This document shows, in pieces, positions 19,316-28,899 of a stretch of 64,000 nt of DNA. This DNA is from Candidatus Nanoarchaeia archaeon. Lineage in GTDB: Archaea; Nanobdellota; Nanobdellia; SCGC-AAA011-G17; GW2011-AR18. Position 1 is the first letter of the stretch. Each line of letters opens with the position of its first letter. Both the position numbers and the translations under genes were made by a program. The stretch spans positions 8,814 through 72,813 of the forward strand of contig DATDZB010000009.1 in NCBI GenBank assembly GCA_035288845.1, written 5' to 3'. Under the pieces are notes generated by a model that worked only from the letters and a program-made list of their open reading frames with translations, had not been told where the DNA came from and ran no database searches.

Positions 19316-19891
19316 ATGCAAGATAGAACATTAGCATTAGTAAAACCAGATGGTGTAAAAAGACATTTAGCTGGAGAAATAATTTCTAGATTCGAAAGTA
19401 CGGGATTAAAAATTGTAGCAATGAAAATGGTATACGTGGACAAACCATTTGCATTAAATCATTATCCAGTTACTGAAGAATGGTATAAAAAAGTAGGAAA
19501 TAATACTTTAGATGATGCAAAAAAATATGGAATAAGTTCATTAGAAACAATTGGAACTGAAGATCCAATAGAAATTGGGAAAAAAGTTCATAATTGGAAT
19601 GTAGAATTCTTAACTTCAGGCCCAGTAATAGCAATAGTTCTTGAAGGTTATCATGCAGTTGAAGTTGCAAGAAAATTAGCAGGTGCAACACTTCCAAACT
19701 TAGCAGCCCCTGGAACAATAAGAGGAGATTTATCTTCACATTCTGCTTTATCAGCAAATATTAATAATAAAGCAATTCCAAACTTAGTACATACTTCTGG
19801 TGATAAAGAAGAAGCTAAAAGGGAAATAAAATTATGGTTTGATGAAAGAGAAATTCATTCTTACAAATCAATCCATGACACTTTATTATAA
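19316..19891 (+). CDS. ndk: nucleoside diphosphate kinase (long form with insertion)
   Basis: 'RTLALVKPDGVKRHLAGEIISRFE', 'GTIRGD' and 'NLVHTSG' (active-site His), with a roughly 40-aa insertion. Confidence 0.85.
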   Translation: MQDRTLALVKPDGVKRHLAGEIISRFESTGLKIVAMKMVYVDKPFALNHYPVTEEWYKKVGNNTLDDAKKYGISSLETIGTEDPIEIGKKVHNWNVEFLTSGPVIAIVLEGYHAVEVARKLAGATLPNLAAPGTIRGDLSSHSALSANINNKAIPNLVHTSGDKEEAKREIKLWFDEREIHSYKSIHDTLL

Positions 19892-19929
19892 ATACAAAAC
19901 TTTTTATTTCTATAAAAAACTAATTTCAC

Positions 19930-20523
19930 ATGCCAGACCACTATTTTACACAAAAACCAACATCTGAATTAAAAATAAATAAAGTAAAATCAATTTTAAG
20001 AAATAAAGAAATGAATTATTTCACAGCTTCAGGTTTATTTTCAATAAAAAAAGTAGACAATGGTTCTGCATTATTAATTAATAATTGCATTATAAAAGAA
20101 AAAAATAAAATTCTAGACTTAGGTTGCGGCTACGGAATTATAGGATTAAGTTTATTATTAACAATTAAAAATATAGAGGTAGTTTTTTCAGATATAAATG
20201 AAAGAGCATTAAAAATAACAAAAGAAAATTTAAAATTAAATAATGTAACTGGAAATCTAATACAAAGTAATTCTTTTGAAAAGATAAAAGAAAGTTTTGA
20301 TGTTATTTTACTAAACCCGCCGCAAACAACAGGTAAAGAAAATTGTTTTCAAATGATAAAAGATTCAAAAGAACATTTAAATAAAAAAGGAACTTTACAA
20401 ATAGTTGCTAGACATAATAAAGGTGGAAAAGAATTATCTAAAAAAATGTTTGAAGTATTTGGTAATATGAAAGAAATTGCAAAAGGCTCAGGTTATAGAA
20501 CTTATCTAAGCCAAAAGCCTTAA
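19930..20523 (+). CDS. methyltransferase, small-domain (RsmC/RsmD-like)
   Basis: 'ILDLGCGYGIIGLSL' and 'VILLNPP'. Confidence 0.75.
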   Translation: MPDHYFTQKPTSELKINKVKSILRNKEMNYFTASGLFSIKKVDNGSALLINNCIIKEKNKILDLGCGYGIIGLSLLLTIKNIEVVFSDINERALKITKENLKLNNVTGNLIQSNSFEKIKESFDVILLNPPQTTGKENCFQMIKDSKEHLNKKGTLQIVARHNKGGKELSKKMFEVFGNMKEIAKGSGYRTYLSQKP

Positions 20524-20547
20524 AAGTGTTAATTAATAAAAGATTAT

Positions 20548-21075
20548 ATGGCAATTGAATATCAAAGTTTGTTCATAAATATTCTAGGAGCATTTTTAAT
20601 AATAATTTTAGGATTAATTTTAGGTCAAATAATAAGCAACATAATTAGAAGGTTTATAAGAGGAATAGGAGCTTCGAAAATACTTGAACAGCAGTTAAAA
20701 GTAAAAGTAAAACTAGACACATACATAAGTACAATACTAAAGTATACAATATACTTAATAGCAATAATATTAGCATTAAATCAATTAGGCTTATCTACAA
20801 AAGTATTAAAGATTTTATTTATAATAATTTTAATATTTATAATAATATTTACAATTTTAGCATTTAAAGACTGGCTTCCAAATTTATTAGCAGGAATATA
20901 TTTGATAAGAACTAAAAAGATAAAAAAAGGTGAAATAATAAAAATAAGTGAAATAGAAGGCAGGATTTTAGAGGTAAATTTATTGGAAACTAAAATAGAA
21001 ACAAATAATAAGGAGATACTATTTATACCTAATTCAACGATAACAAGAAAAGTGGTGAAAATAATAAAAAAATGA
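20548..21075 (+). CDS. MscS-like small mechanosensitive channel protein
   Basis: Three TM segments, then 'LPNLLAGIYLIRTKKIKKGEIIKI...GRILEVNLLETKIET' (MscS beta-domain signature). Confidence 0.6.
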   Translation: MAIEYQSLFINILGAFLIIILGLILGQIISNIIRRFIRGIGASKILEQQLKVKVKLDTYISTILKYTIYLIAIILALNQLGLSTKVLKILFIIILIFIIIFTILAFKDWLPNLLAGIYLIRTKKIKKGEIIKISEIEGRILEVNLLETKIETNNKEILFIPNSTITRKVVKIIKK

Positions 21076-21302
21076 TTAAAGCCTATGTATTAATTGAAGT
21101 TGAAGGCATTGAATCAAATAAAGTTGCGAAAGAGTTAACTCAACTAGAAGAAGTTGAAAACATAAATCTTGTTAATGGCGATTATGATCTTATTTCTTTA
21201 GTAAAAGCAAAAAATGTAATTGATCTAAAAGAATTAGCTTTAGAAAAAATTGGAAAAGTTAAAGGCGTAAACAGAACAAATACATTTATAATTGCAGATT
21301 AA
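21072..21302 (+). CDS. stand-alone Lrp/AsnC ligand-binding (RAM) domain protein
   Basis: 76 aa. 'AYVLIEVE...VNGDYDLISLVKA...GVNRTNTFI' is the RAM-domain pattern. Confidence 0.6.
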   Translation: MIKAYVLIEVEGIESNKVAKELTQLEEVENINLVNGDYDLISLVKAKNVIDLKELALEKIGKVKGVNRTNTFIIAD

Positions 21303-22030
21303 ATTTTATATAAATTCAAAAATTCTTCTTCCATAAAATGTAAATCTTTTGGAATAATAAAACATTGAGGATAAATATTAATATTTATTTTTAACAAATC
21401 TTCAATCTTTCCATATTTAATTATTTGTTCATCTGTTCCTAATCCAGCACAAACAACAGCATAAGTTCCTAAATTTACAGAACCATCTCCATTTTCATTT
21501 AAACAATTTAATCCGTCTTTAAAATTCATATATTTATTTGTCTTAGGATCTAAATCTAATAAAAATAAAGTATGCATTCTTCCATTTTCTAAATAAATAT
21601 CAAAAGGAGTATGAATATTTTTATAATTAAATGGAATAGAAGCAGTTTTTCCAAATTTATATAAACTTAATCCAGTATCACCAACAGCAGTTAAAATAGA
21701 AGAGTTATGTAAAACTTTACAATTTCCATTTAATTTTTTCACTCTTAAATAAATGTCAACATGTGTAGTTGCTGAAAAAACATCTCCTTTAACTAAAAAA
21801 GCAACCTCACCACCTAATGAACTATTAACAATATCATCTCCAGATTCAACTAATTCTCTATCAGCTAAAATAATAGTTTTGCCAATTAATTTTTCAAAAT
21901 CTTTAATATTAAAATTTAACTTAGAAGTATAATTTTCTAAATAAATAAAATCGCATTTCTTAAGAGTTTCAAGAGCATTTAAAGTAATGTCTTTCTCATT
22001 TCCCAATCCAATTCCAATTAAATACAACAT
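21299..22030 (-). CDS. dph5: diphthine synthase
   Basis: 'MLYLIGIGLGNEKDITLNALETLKKCDFIYLENYTS' and overall tetrapyrrole-methylase-like Dph5 blocks. Confidence 0.9.
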   Translation of the reverse strand: MLYLIGIGLGNEKDITLNALETLKKCDFIYLENYTSKLNFNIKDFEKLIGKTIILADRELVESGDDIVNSSLGGEVAFLVKGDVFSATTHVDIYLRVKKLNGNCKVLHNSSILTAVGDTGLSLYKFGKTASIPFNYKNIHTPFDIYLENGRMHTLFLLDLDPKTNKYMNFKDGLNCLNENGDGSVNLGTYAVVCAGLGTDEQIIKYGKIEDLLKININIYPQCFIIPKDLHFMEEEFLNLYKI

Positions 22031-22060
22031 AAAATTAAATTGAGAAAAAACCTTATAAAA

Positions 22061-22540
22061 CTATCTTAAATCATTAATTAGCTTATACAATTTTAATACA
22101 AATAAACATAATAAAGCTCCGCTTACAAAAGACAAAATATTAAAATTAATAAAGTAAAATACAAAAGCAATAAAAAAGAAAAGTAAATTATAAAATAAAA
22201 TAATCCATTTTTTTTCTATAAACAACAAACTGCCATAAGGCAGACCATAAATAAAAACCAAAATAGAGCTTAAAAAAGTTAAATCTTTAGATAAAAAACT
22301 AGAAACTAAACCTAAACCAAAATATAAGTATTCAAATTTAAGAAAAAAAGCAACAACAATACCTATTAAAAATAACCATAAATTAAAATTATTAAATAAA
22401 AAAATTAAAACTAAAATAAATAAAATCACTACTTCTAATATTCTAAAATAGATTTTACTTACTTCTAATTCTTCTTGTGTAGATTTACCAATAAAATAAC
22501 CAAGAAAAGAACCTAAGAAAGATAAAAATACATGAATCAT
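22061..22540 (-). CDS. polytopic membrane protein
   Basis: 159 aa, almost entirely hydrophobic segments. Confidence 0.45.
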   Translation of the reverse strand: MIHVFLSFLGSFLGYFIGKSTQEELEVSKIYFRILEVVILFILVLIFLFNNFNLWLFLIGIVVAFFLKFEYLYFGLGLVSSFLSKDLTFLSSILVFIYGLPYGSLLFIEKKWIILFYNLLFFFIAFVFYFINFNILSFVSGALLCLFVLKLYKLINDLR

Positions 22541-22570
22541 AAATTAATAAGAAAAAGGTTGAATATAAAA

Positions 22571-23539
22571 TTAATGTCTTAAAGTAATTGGTCTTGTTCC
22601 GGGAAATACTAAAAAATGTCCTGCATCTTTTTTTCCAGAGTCTACTGGTATAGCATCTGATATTACAGCATCAACTAAAGCATCTAATCCTGAATCTCCT
22701 ACAGAAGCATCTGCACCTGAAGTTTCTGAATCATATGTTGCTGGATTAACTCTAAGATGTAATTCCATAGGATAAGGATTATTATTACCTTCTTTTATTT
22801 TCATAGTTAAACGATATATCATATCTATTCCTGTTTCTGGTAATTCAAATTCAACTTCTTTAACTCCTTCTTTATATCCTTTAACTCTAGTCCAAGAAAG
22901 TTTAGCTTTTTTACTTTCTGGAAGTGTACCAGAAACAACAACACCACCATCTATGTATTTATGTCCACCATCTAAAAGAGCAACAGCCCTAGTTGAACCA
23001 TTTGTATAAATTGCAACTCTAGAGAAAGAACTTCCACCATCAACATGCTCAGCATCTCTAGCATAGAAACCAGCATCTGGATCGCTTACTGGAACAGTAG
23101 CTCTAGCAAAACTAACAGAATCTAACAGTTCTCCTCTATTTGCTAACCTGCATTTATAAGTACCTGGTACTAAATTTATTTCTTTGTAGCCAACTAATCT
23201 AGAGCTTGTACTTCCAGCTGAACTAGAAACTTCTAATATTTCTTCTAAAGGAAGTTCATCTCCACTTTCATTTTCAGAACATTCAACAGCTCCAGCAGGT
23301 CTAACTGTTAAGTCTATAATTGGTCTACTAGGAATATAATCAACATCTGGATAAACAACAACTGCATCTGGGTGAGTTGGAAATCCAGCATCTGAGGATT
23401 CTTCATCAGTAGTTCTTTCTTCACGAGAAGGGCTAGGAATACGTATTTCTTGTCCTACGCTTCTACCTATTAAATGATAAGCACCAATACCAATAAGTGA
23501 TGCAGCTAAAATTCCCCAAATAAATGATTTAGCACTCAT
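22571..23539 (-). CDS. membrane-anchored/secreted surface protein with D-[AS]-G linker
   Basis: N-terminal anchor 'FIWGILAASLIGIGAYHLIG'. Carries 'HPDAVVVYPD', 'DPDAGF', 'GDSGLDALVDAV...VDSGKKDAG'. An SD-like GAGGT lies upstream. Composition is non-host-like. Confidence 0.6.
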   Translation of the reverse strand: MSAKSFIWGILAASLIGIGAYHLIGRSVGQEIRIPSPSREERTTDEESSDAGFPTHPDAVVVYPDVDYIPSRPIIDLTVRPAGAVECSENESGDELPLEEILEVSSSAGSTSSRLVGYKEINLVPGTYKCRLANRGELLDSVSFARATVPVSDPDAGFYARDAEHVDGGSSFSRVAIYTNGSTRAVALLDGGHKYIDGGVVVSGTLPESKKAKLSWTRVKGYKEGVKEVEFELPETGIDMIYRLTMKIKEGNNNPYPMELHLRVNPATYDSETSGADASVGDSGLDALVDAVISDAIPVDSGKKDAGHFLVFPGTRPITLRH

Positions 23540-23542
23540 TAC

Positions 23543-25246
23543 TTACTTACCTCTCATTACTACGTCAAAACGCATTACACCAGTGTTTGTGTCAGACAAT
23601 TTAGTAATAGGTTTAAGCGCCTTTTCTAAAATATTATCACAAACTGTACCAACAGTTCCATATTCATGAACACTAACACTATCAAGATTAAAAGTATTAT
23701 CACTATTCATAGAGCCAACTTCATATTCATATTTACAAGTTTCTCCTGATTTAAAACTACCAAGTTGATTTTTATAAATTCCATTAGCAGCATCAATTAT
23801 AGCAGCTTTATATGGATCAAACGCATTTGTACCTTTTATTGTAATTTTTTTTACAGGTCCAGAAACACCAGTTTCTCTAACTTCAGCAACAGCTGCATCT
23901 AAAGAACGACCTGCGTCTTGAGTTATTACTCCAGCATCAACAAGTCTAGCAACACCACTATCAGCATAAACAGTAGCAGCATCTGGATGAGGAACAACAG
24001 GAGTATTAACACCAGAATCTGTAGCTACAGAAACACCACTGTCAACAACAGCAGCTATTCCACCATCAGCATTACCTGATTTAGAACCGCAGCCATCACA
24101 ACTATTACAAGCTTTGCCTGCAAGACCTAAAGCTAAAAGACTTGCTCCAACATATTTAACACCTTTAGGTGTATGTTCCCATAATTTTTTAGCAGCAGAA
24201 GCATAAGCTCTAAATCTAGAAGGATTTTGAACTACAATAACTTCTTCTTGACTATCTACACCATATGTTCTTTCTTTATTACGTTGAGCTGCAATACTTC
24301 CAATTTTTAATTCTGGAATTTCTAATCCCCAAGCACTTGCAAAATCTGGATCAAATCTAATTTCAGGATGTTCTATTCCAATTCTTTCTGATCTTAATAA
24401 TTTTTGTCTCTTACCTTTTCCATCTTCAAAATAAGCTTGAGCATCTAAAAGTTTATATTTTCCTTTTCTAGTAAATCCTAAAAAAGTTTCATTTTCAATT
24501 CTTCTAACTACTAATTCTTTAACATGTTCTTCTAATTTTTTAGGATCTATTCCTTTATTTGTCAAAAATTGAATTGCTTCTTCTTCATATTGTTCAATCC
24601 ATCTTTCTATTTCATCAATATCTACCATACCAACAAATTTGCCACCTTTAGTTTGAACAGGAGCAAAATGTTTCATATCTAATTTGTAAAGTGAGTTATC
24701 TCTCACACCTTCATCTTCAATATTTGCACCTATTTTATTATCTCTTAATGTAAAAGGAACATCAAATCTAGTGTCATAATGAGTACCTTCTTTTCCATTT
24801 TCATATCTAACATAAGGATAACCATGAACATCTAAAATATTACTTACTTCACCAGAAGTTGCATCTTTTTCTACGCCTTTAATTTGCATAGCAACAATAT
24901 CTAATCCAATTACTTTAGAAATATCATGATTGCCAGTAACATTCATAATTAAACCTTCTAATTTTGAAGGTCTTTGTTCCCAAGTACCTATAGCAACAAT
25001 TTTTTTAGGTTCTCTAGTTAGAATTTCTGAATCACTAGTTAATAAATAAAAAGCAGAAGAATCATCCTGACCAAGACCTTGATGAATACTTGTTTTATCA
25101 ATAGAATCTCCTAATTGAGTAGCATTTACTAAAGAACCAGTTCCAGCAGCTTCAGTACCACTTGTTGTGTTTTTTGAAGCTTTTACTATTTGAGACTTAT
25201 CAGGACCATATAATCTAGTTTTACCTTGAGTTGTGGAACTTGCCAT
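23543..25246 (-). CDS. large two-part protein: about 370-aa N-terminal domain, TM/Cys-rich segment, D-[AS]-G linker, C-terminal domain
   Basis: The track start at 25273 is TTG; the first ATG is at 25246 ('MASSTTQGK'). Internal 'VGASLLALGLAGKACNSCDGCGS', then 'VDSGVSVATDSGV...HPDAATVYADSGVARLVDAGVITQDAG'. Confidence 0.6.
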   Translation of the reverse strand: MASSTTQGKTRLYGPDKSQIVKASKNTTSGTEAAGTGSLVNATQLGDSIDKTSIHQGLGQDDSSAFYLLTSDSEILTREPKKIVAIGTWEQRPSKLEGLIMNVTGNHDISKVIGLDIVAMQIKGVEKDATSGEVSNILDVHGYPYVRYENGKEGTHYDTRFDVPFTLRDNKIGANIEDEGVRDNSLYKLDMKHFAPVQTKGGKFVGMVDIDEIERWIEQYEEEAIQFLTNKGIDPKKLEEHVKELVVRRIENETFLGFTRKGKYKLLDAQAYFEDGKGKRQKLLRSERIGIEHPEIRFDPDFASAWGLEIPELKIGSIAAQRNKERTYGVDSQEEVIVVQNPSRFRAYASAAKKLWEHTPKGVKYVGASLLALGLAGKACNSCDGCGSKSGNADGGIAAVVDSGVSVATDSGVNTPVVPHPDAATVYADSGVARLVDAGVITQDAGRSLDAAVAEVRETGVSGPVKKITIKGTNAFDPYKAAIIDAANGIYKNQLGSFKSGETCKYEYEVGSMNSDNTFNLDSVSVHEYGTVGTVCDNILEKALKPITKLSDTNTGVMRFDVVMRGK

Positions 25247-25294
25247 TTTATCACATCTAACTAGTAGTAACAAGTTATTTAAATCTTTCTAAAA

Positions 25295-25414
25295 TTAACA
25301 GCAAGGCTCTTTATAACCGCAATTCTGACAAATAGCGTCTTTTCTACCAGCAATAGCAACCATAATATTGCCACAATTTGGGCAGTTTTGATGTTTTATA
25401 GTTGAATCAGACAT
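25295..25414 (-). CDS. 39-aa zinc-ribbon protein
   Basis: Not in the track. MSDSTIKHQNCPNCGNIMVAIAGRKDAICQNCGYKEPCC has two CxxC knuckles. It sits directly upstream of and co-directional with 23543..25246. Confidence 0.5.
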   Translation of the reverse strand: MSDSTIKHQNCPNCGNIMVAIAGRKDAICQNCGYKEPCC

Positions 25415-25485
25415 AAGAAAATAAATAAAGAAATTAATAAAAAACTACCTATAAAGTTTATATATAAAATCAATAATAAAAAATA

Positions 25486-25911
25486 ATGGAAAATTGTCAG
25501 TTATGTGAAATTCCAGAAAAAGAAAGTTATAGGTTGATAAAAGAAAATAATCATGCTATGGCTTGCATAATTCTTGAACCAATAACAGAATCTCATTTAC
25601 TTATATTACCAAAAAGGCATGTAGTAAATTTAAAAGAACTTCAAGACCAAGAAGCTAAAGAATTTTTAACTTTAGTTTATGAAATGTCAGAAATATTACA
25701 ACAAAAGTTTAATACAAAGGGAGCAATTACTTCTATGAATCATGGATCTAGTGCTTCACAAAGCCATATACATTTTCATACAATAGCAACTGATCTTAGC
25801 ATGAGAGATGCTTTTGCAGAAAAATTAAATGGACCAAGTAGAAAAAGATTAGCAGAAGAAGAATTAACAAAACTAGCTAATAATATTAAAGCAATAATTA
25901 CTGAAAGGTAA
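25486..25911 (+). CDS. HIT-family nucleotide hydrolase/transferase
   Basis: Histidine triad 'SQSHIHFHTI'. Confidence 0.85.
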   Translation: MENCQLCEIPEKESYRLIKENNHAMACIILEPITESHLLILPKRHVVNLKELQDQEAKEFLTLVYEMSEILQQKFNTKGAITSMNHGSSASQSHIHFHTIATDLSMRDAFAEKLNGPSRKRLAEEELTKLANNIKAIITER

Positions 25912-25950
25912 ATGCAATAATATAAAAACAATAAAAAAGAGAATAAATCA

Positions 25951-27069
25951 ATGGAACAAATAGTAACACCATGGGAAGTTAAAGGTGAATTAGATTACGA
26001 TAAATTGGTAAAACAATTTGGTGTAGAAAAAGTAGATACAGAAGTACTAGATAAATTAGAAAAGCATACAAAAGAAATACATTTCATGTTAAGAAGAAAA
26101 GTTTTTTTCTGCCATAGAGATTTAAAATGGTTATTAAATGAATATGAAAAAGGAAATAAATTTTATTTATACACAGGAAGAGCTCCTTCTGGTCCAATTC
26201 ATATAGGCCACATGATGCCATGGATGTTCACAAAATGGTTACAGGATAAATTTAAAGTTGAATTATTATTTCAATTCCCAGATGAAGAAAAATTTTTATT
26301 TAAAGATAATTTAACTTTGAAAAATACAGAACATTATTTACATGAAAATATGTTAGACGTGATTGCTTTAGGTTTTAATTCTAAAAATACAAAATTCTTA
26401 ATAGATACAAAAAATGCAGATGTAATGTATAAAGAAGCATGCAAAGTTGCTAAAAAGATTACATTCTCAACTGTTAAAGCAGCATTTGGTTTAAATGATC
26501 AATCCAATATTGGACAAATATTTTATACTTCAATGCAAACAGTCCCAGCATTTCTTCCATCAGTATTAAAAAATAAAAATATTCCATGTTTAATTCCACA
26601 CGCAGTTGATCAAGATCCACATTTCAGATTAACAAGAGATATTCTACCAAAATTAGGCCATTATAAACCTGCTTCAATTCAATGCATACTTCTACCTCCA
26701 TTAATAGGAGTAGCTGGAAAAATGTCTTCATCTCAAGTGTCATCAGCAATATTAACAATAGACACGCCAGAAGAAGCAGAAAGAAAAATTAGAAAATATG
26801 CATTCTCAGGTGGAAGAGCAACTTTAGAAGAACACAGAAAACTTGGTGGAAACCCAGACGTAGATGTAAGTTATCAATGGTTAAGAATGATGTTTGAACC
26901 TGATGACAAAAAATTAGAAAAAATTTACAATGATTACAAATCAGGAAAATTATTATCAGGTGAACTAAAAGAAATTTTAATTGAAAAAGTAAAAGTATTT
27001 TTAAAAGAACACCAAAAAAATAGAGAAAAAGCTAAAAAACAAGTTGACAAATTTATGTTTAAAAAATAG
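25951..27069 (+). CDS. trpS: tryptophanyl-tRNA synthetase (archaeal/eukaryotic type)
   Basis: 'VTPWEVKGELDYDKLVKQFG', 'TGRAPSGPIHIGHMMP' (HIGH) and 'GKMSSSQ' (KMSKS). Confidence 0.92.
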   Translation: MEQIVTPWEVKGELDYDKLVKQFGVEKVDTEVLDKLEKHTKEIHFMLRRKVFFCHRDLKWLLNEYEKGNKFYLYTGRAPSGPIHIGHMMPWMFTKWLQDKFKVELLFQFPDEEKFLFKDNLTLKNTEHYLHENMLDVIALGFNSKNTKFLIDTKNADVMYKEACKVAKKITFSTVKAAFGLNDQSNIGQIFYTSMQTVPAFLPSVLKNKNIPCLIPHAVDQDPHFRLTRDILPKLGHYKPASIQCILLPPLIGVAGKMSSSQVSSAILTIDTPEEAERKIRKYAFSGGRATLEEHRKLGGNPDVDVSYQWLRMMFEPDDKKLEKIYNDYKSGKLLSGELKEILIEKVKVFLKEHQKNREKAKKQVDKFMFKK

Positions 27070-27103
27070 ATATATTTTTATTATTAATTAAATTAGAAAT
27101 TTT

Positions 27104-27679
27104 ATGGAAATAGAATATGAAGCAACTTTCCCAGATATAGATAAAGAAAAAATTAGAGAAAAATTAAAAAAGATAGACGCTAATTTAATAAAAAAAGAAT
27201 TCTTACAAAAAAGATTTGCATTTAATCTACCTAATGAAAATAAAAATGCATGGTTGAGAGTCAGAGACGAATCAGATAAGATAACAATGAGTTTAAAGAT
27301 AGTTGATGGAAATAAAATTGAGAATCAAAAAGAAATTTGCTTAAAAGTAGATAATTTCGAAAGCGCAGTAAAATTTCTAGAAAATGTTGGTTGTAAAAAG
27401 AAGGCTTATCAAGAATCTAAAAGAGAATTATGGAAATTAAATAATGTAGAAATAACAATAGATGAATGGCCTTTTTTAGAACCATTTGTAGAAATTGAAG
27501 GGAAATCAGAAAGCGAAGTTAAAAATATTAGTGAAAAAATTGGATTTGATTATAATAAAGCATTATTTTGTGCAGTAGACACATTGTATCATATAAAATA
27601 CAAGATATCAGAAGAAATAATAAATAATCAAACACCGTTAATAGCATTTGACGCAAAAAATCCATTTATAAAAAATTAA
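27104..27679 (+). CDS. CYTH-domain (triphosphate tunnel) protein
   Basis: N-terminal 'EIEYEATF' (ExExK-like), 'LRVRDE', 'ITMSLK', alternating-strand pattern. Confidence 0.65.
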   Translation: MEIEYEATFPDIDKEKIREKLKKIDANLIKKEFLQKRFAFNLPNENKNAWLRVRDESDKITMSLKIVDGNKIENQKEICLKVDNFESAVKFLENVGCKKKAYQESKRELWKLNNVEITIDEWPFLEPFVEIEGKSESEVKNISEKIGFDYNKALFCAVDTLYHIKYKISEEIINNQTPLIAFDAKNPFIKN

Positions 27680-27882
27680 CGTTTAACACTTCTCATTGAA
27701 CCGCCTCTTTTGTAAGGAGTTCCTCTTCCACCTTTAGTTCCTCTTGATTCAGGATAGACATCTAAAATTTCTTCACTTTCATCATATCCGCAGTTTAAAC
27801 AAATAATAAATTTACTTCCCATTAATTCAACTGCATCTAGATGACTAGATCCGCATTTTGGACATTTTAATTCTTTGTTCAT
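27676..27882 (-). CDS. small zinc-ribbon protein with basic tail
   Basis: 'CPKCGSSH...CLNCGY', then 'RGTKGGRGTPYKRGGSMRSVKR'. Confidence 0.5.
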   Translation of the reverse strand: MNKELKCPKCGSSHLDAVELMGSKFIICLNCGYDESEEILDVYPESRGTKGGRGTPYKRGGSMRSVKR

Positions 27883-27980
27883 AAGAAATAACTAGAATAA
27901 TAAATTAATAAAGATTGTGAAAAAGCTTCAGAAAAAAGGAAGAAAAGTTTATAAATAAGATTATACTTACTATTCTTACT

Positions 27981-28244
27981 ATGATAGAAACAATAAAGGT
28001 ATCATCAAAAGGACAAATAGTAATACCTGAAAGTCTTAGAAATGAATTAGGTATAGAAGAAGGTACAAAACTAGTTATAATAGAAAAAGACAATCAAATG
28101 ATTATAGAAAAAGAAGAAATATTTCTTAAAAAGCTTAATTCTCAAAATCAAGAAAGAATAGGATGGTTAGCATTAGCTGAACAATCATTAAACAAATTAT
28201 GGGATAATGAAAAAGATGAAAAAACTTGGAGTAAATATATATGA
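27981..28244 (+). CDS. AbrB/SpoVT-fold antitoxin (MazE-like)
   Basis: 'IKVSSKGQIVIPESLRNELGIEEGTKLVI'. Has a 4-nt overlap with the toxin gene. Confidence 0.75.
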   Translation: MIETIKVSSKGQIVIPESLRNELGIEEGTKLVIIEKDNQMIIEKEEIFLKKLNSQNQERIGWLALAEQSLNKLWDNEKDEKTWSKYI

Positions 28245-28576
28245 ATTTAACACAAGGAGATATATTATTAGTACCATTTCCATTCTCAGATCAATCTGCT
28301 AAAAAAGTTCGACCTGTTGTAATAGTAAGTAATAATAAATTAAATTTATCTTCACAAGATTTAATTGTATGTGCTATAACAACTAATATTCATAATGATA
28401 AATACACAATAAAAATAGAAAAATCAAATCTAGAAGAAAAAAATGTAATTGAAGAATGTTGTATAAAGGCAGAAAATATATTAAAAATTGACAAGAAGCT
28501 TATAATTAAAAAAATAGATAAAATAAATAACATTCTATTAAATATTACAATTGAAAAAATTAAAACTTTATTTTAA
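28241..28576 (+). CDS. mazF: MazF/PemK-family toxin
   Basis: 'QGDILLVPFPFSDQSAKKVRPVVIVSNN'. Confidence 0.8.
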   Translation: MNLTQGDILLVPFPFSDQSAKKVRPVVIVSNNKLNLSSQDLIVCAITTNIHNDKYTIKIEKSNLEEKNVIEECCIKAENILKIDKKLIIKKIDKINNILLNITIEKIKTLF

Positions 28577-28830
28577 ATAATTCTTCTTCCAGTTTCTAAA
28601 TCTACAATATGAATAACATTTACAGGACAAGCTTCTGCAGCTTCTTTAAATTTAGCTAATTGTTCTTCAGTAATTTCTCTAATAAAATATCCTTTAGTAT
28701 TTTCTTTTTTACTATCTTTCAAATCAGCTTTTCCATCTTCAATTAACATCCAATTTTCTTCATCGACAGCTACGCAAGCAGCAGCCCCAATACAACCTTC
28801 CCTATCATATTCAATTCTATATTTTTTCAT
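28573..28830 (-). CDS. small ferredoxin-like Fe-S protein
   Basis: Start moved to 'MKKYRIEYD'. 'REGCIGAAACVAV' and 'AAEACPVNVIHI' are cluster-ligand blocks. Confidence 0.6.
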   Translation of the reverse strand: MKKYRIEYDREGCIGAAACVAVDEENWMLIEDGKADLKDSKKENTKGYFIREITEEQLAKFKEAAEACPVNVIHIVDLETGRRII

Positions 28831-28899
28831 TCTAATTTCCCAATAACTTTTAAAACCATAATAATTTAACAATAAAGGCCATTTTTAAAGATTATTATA

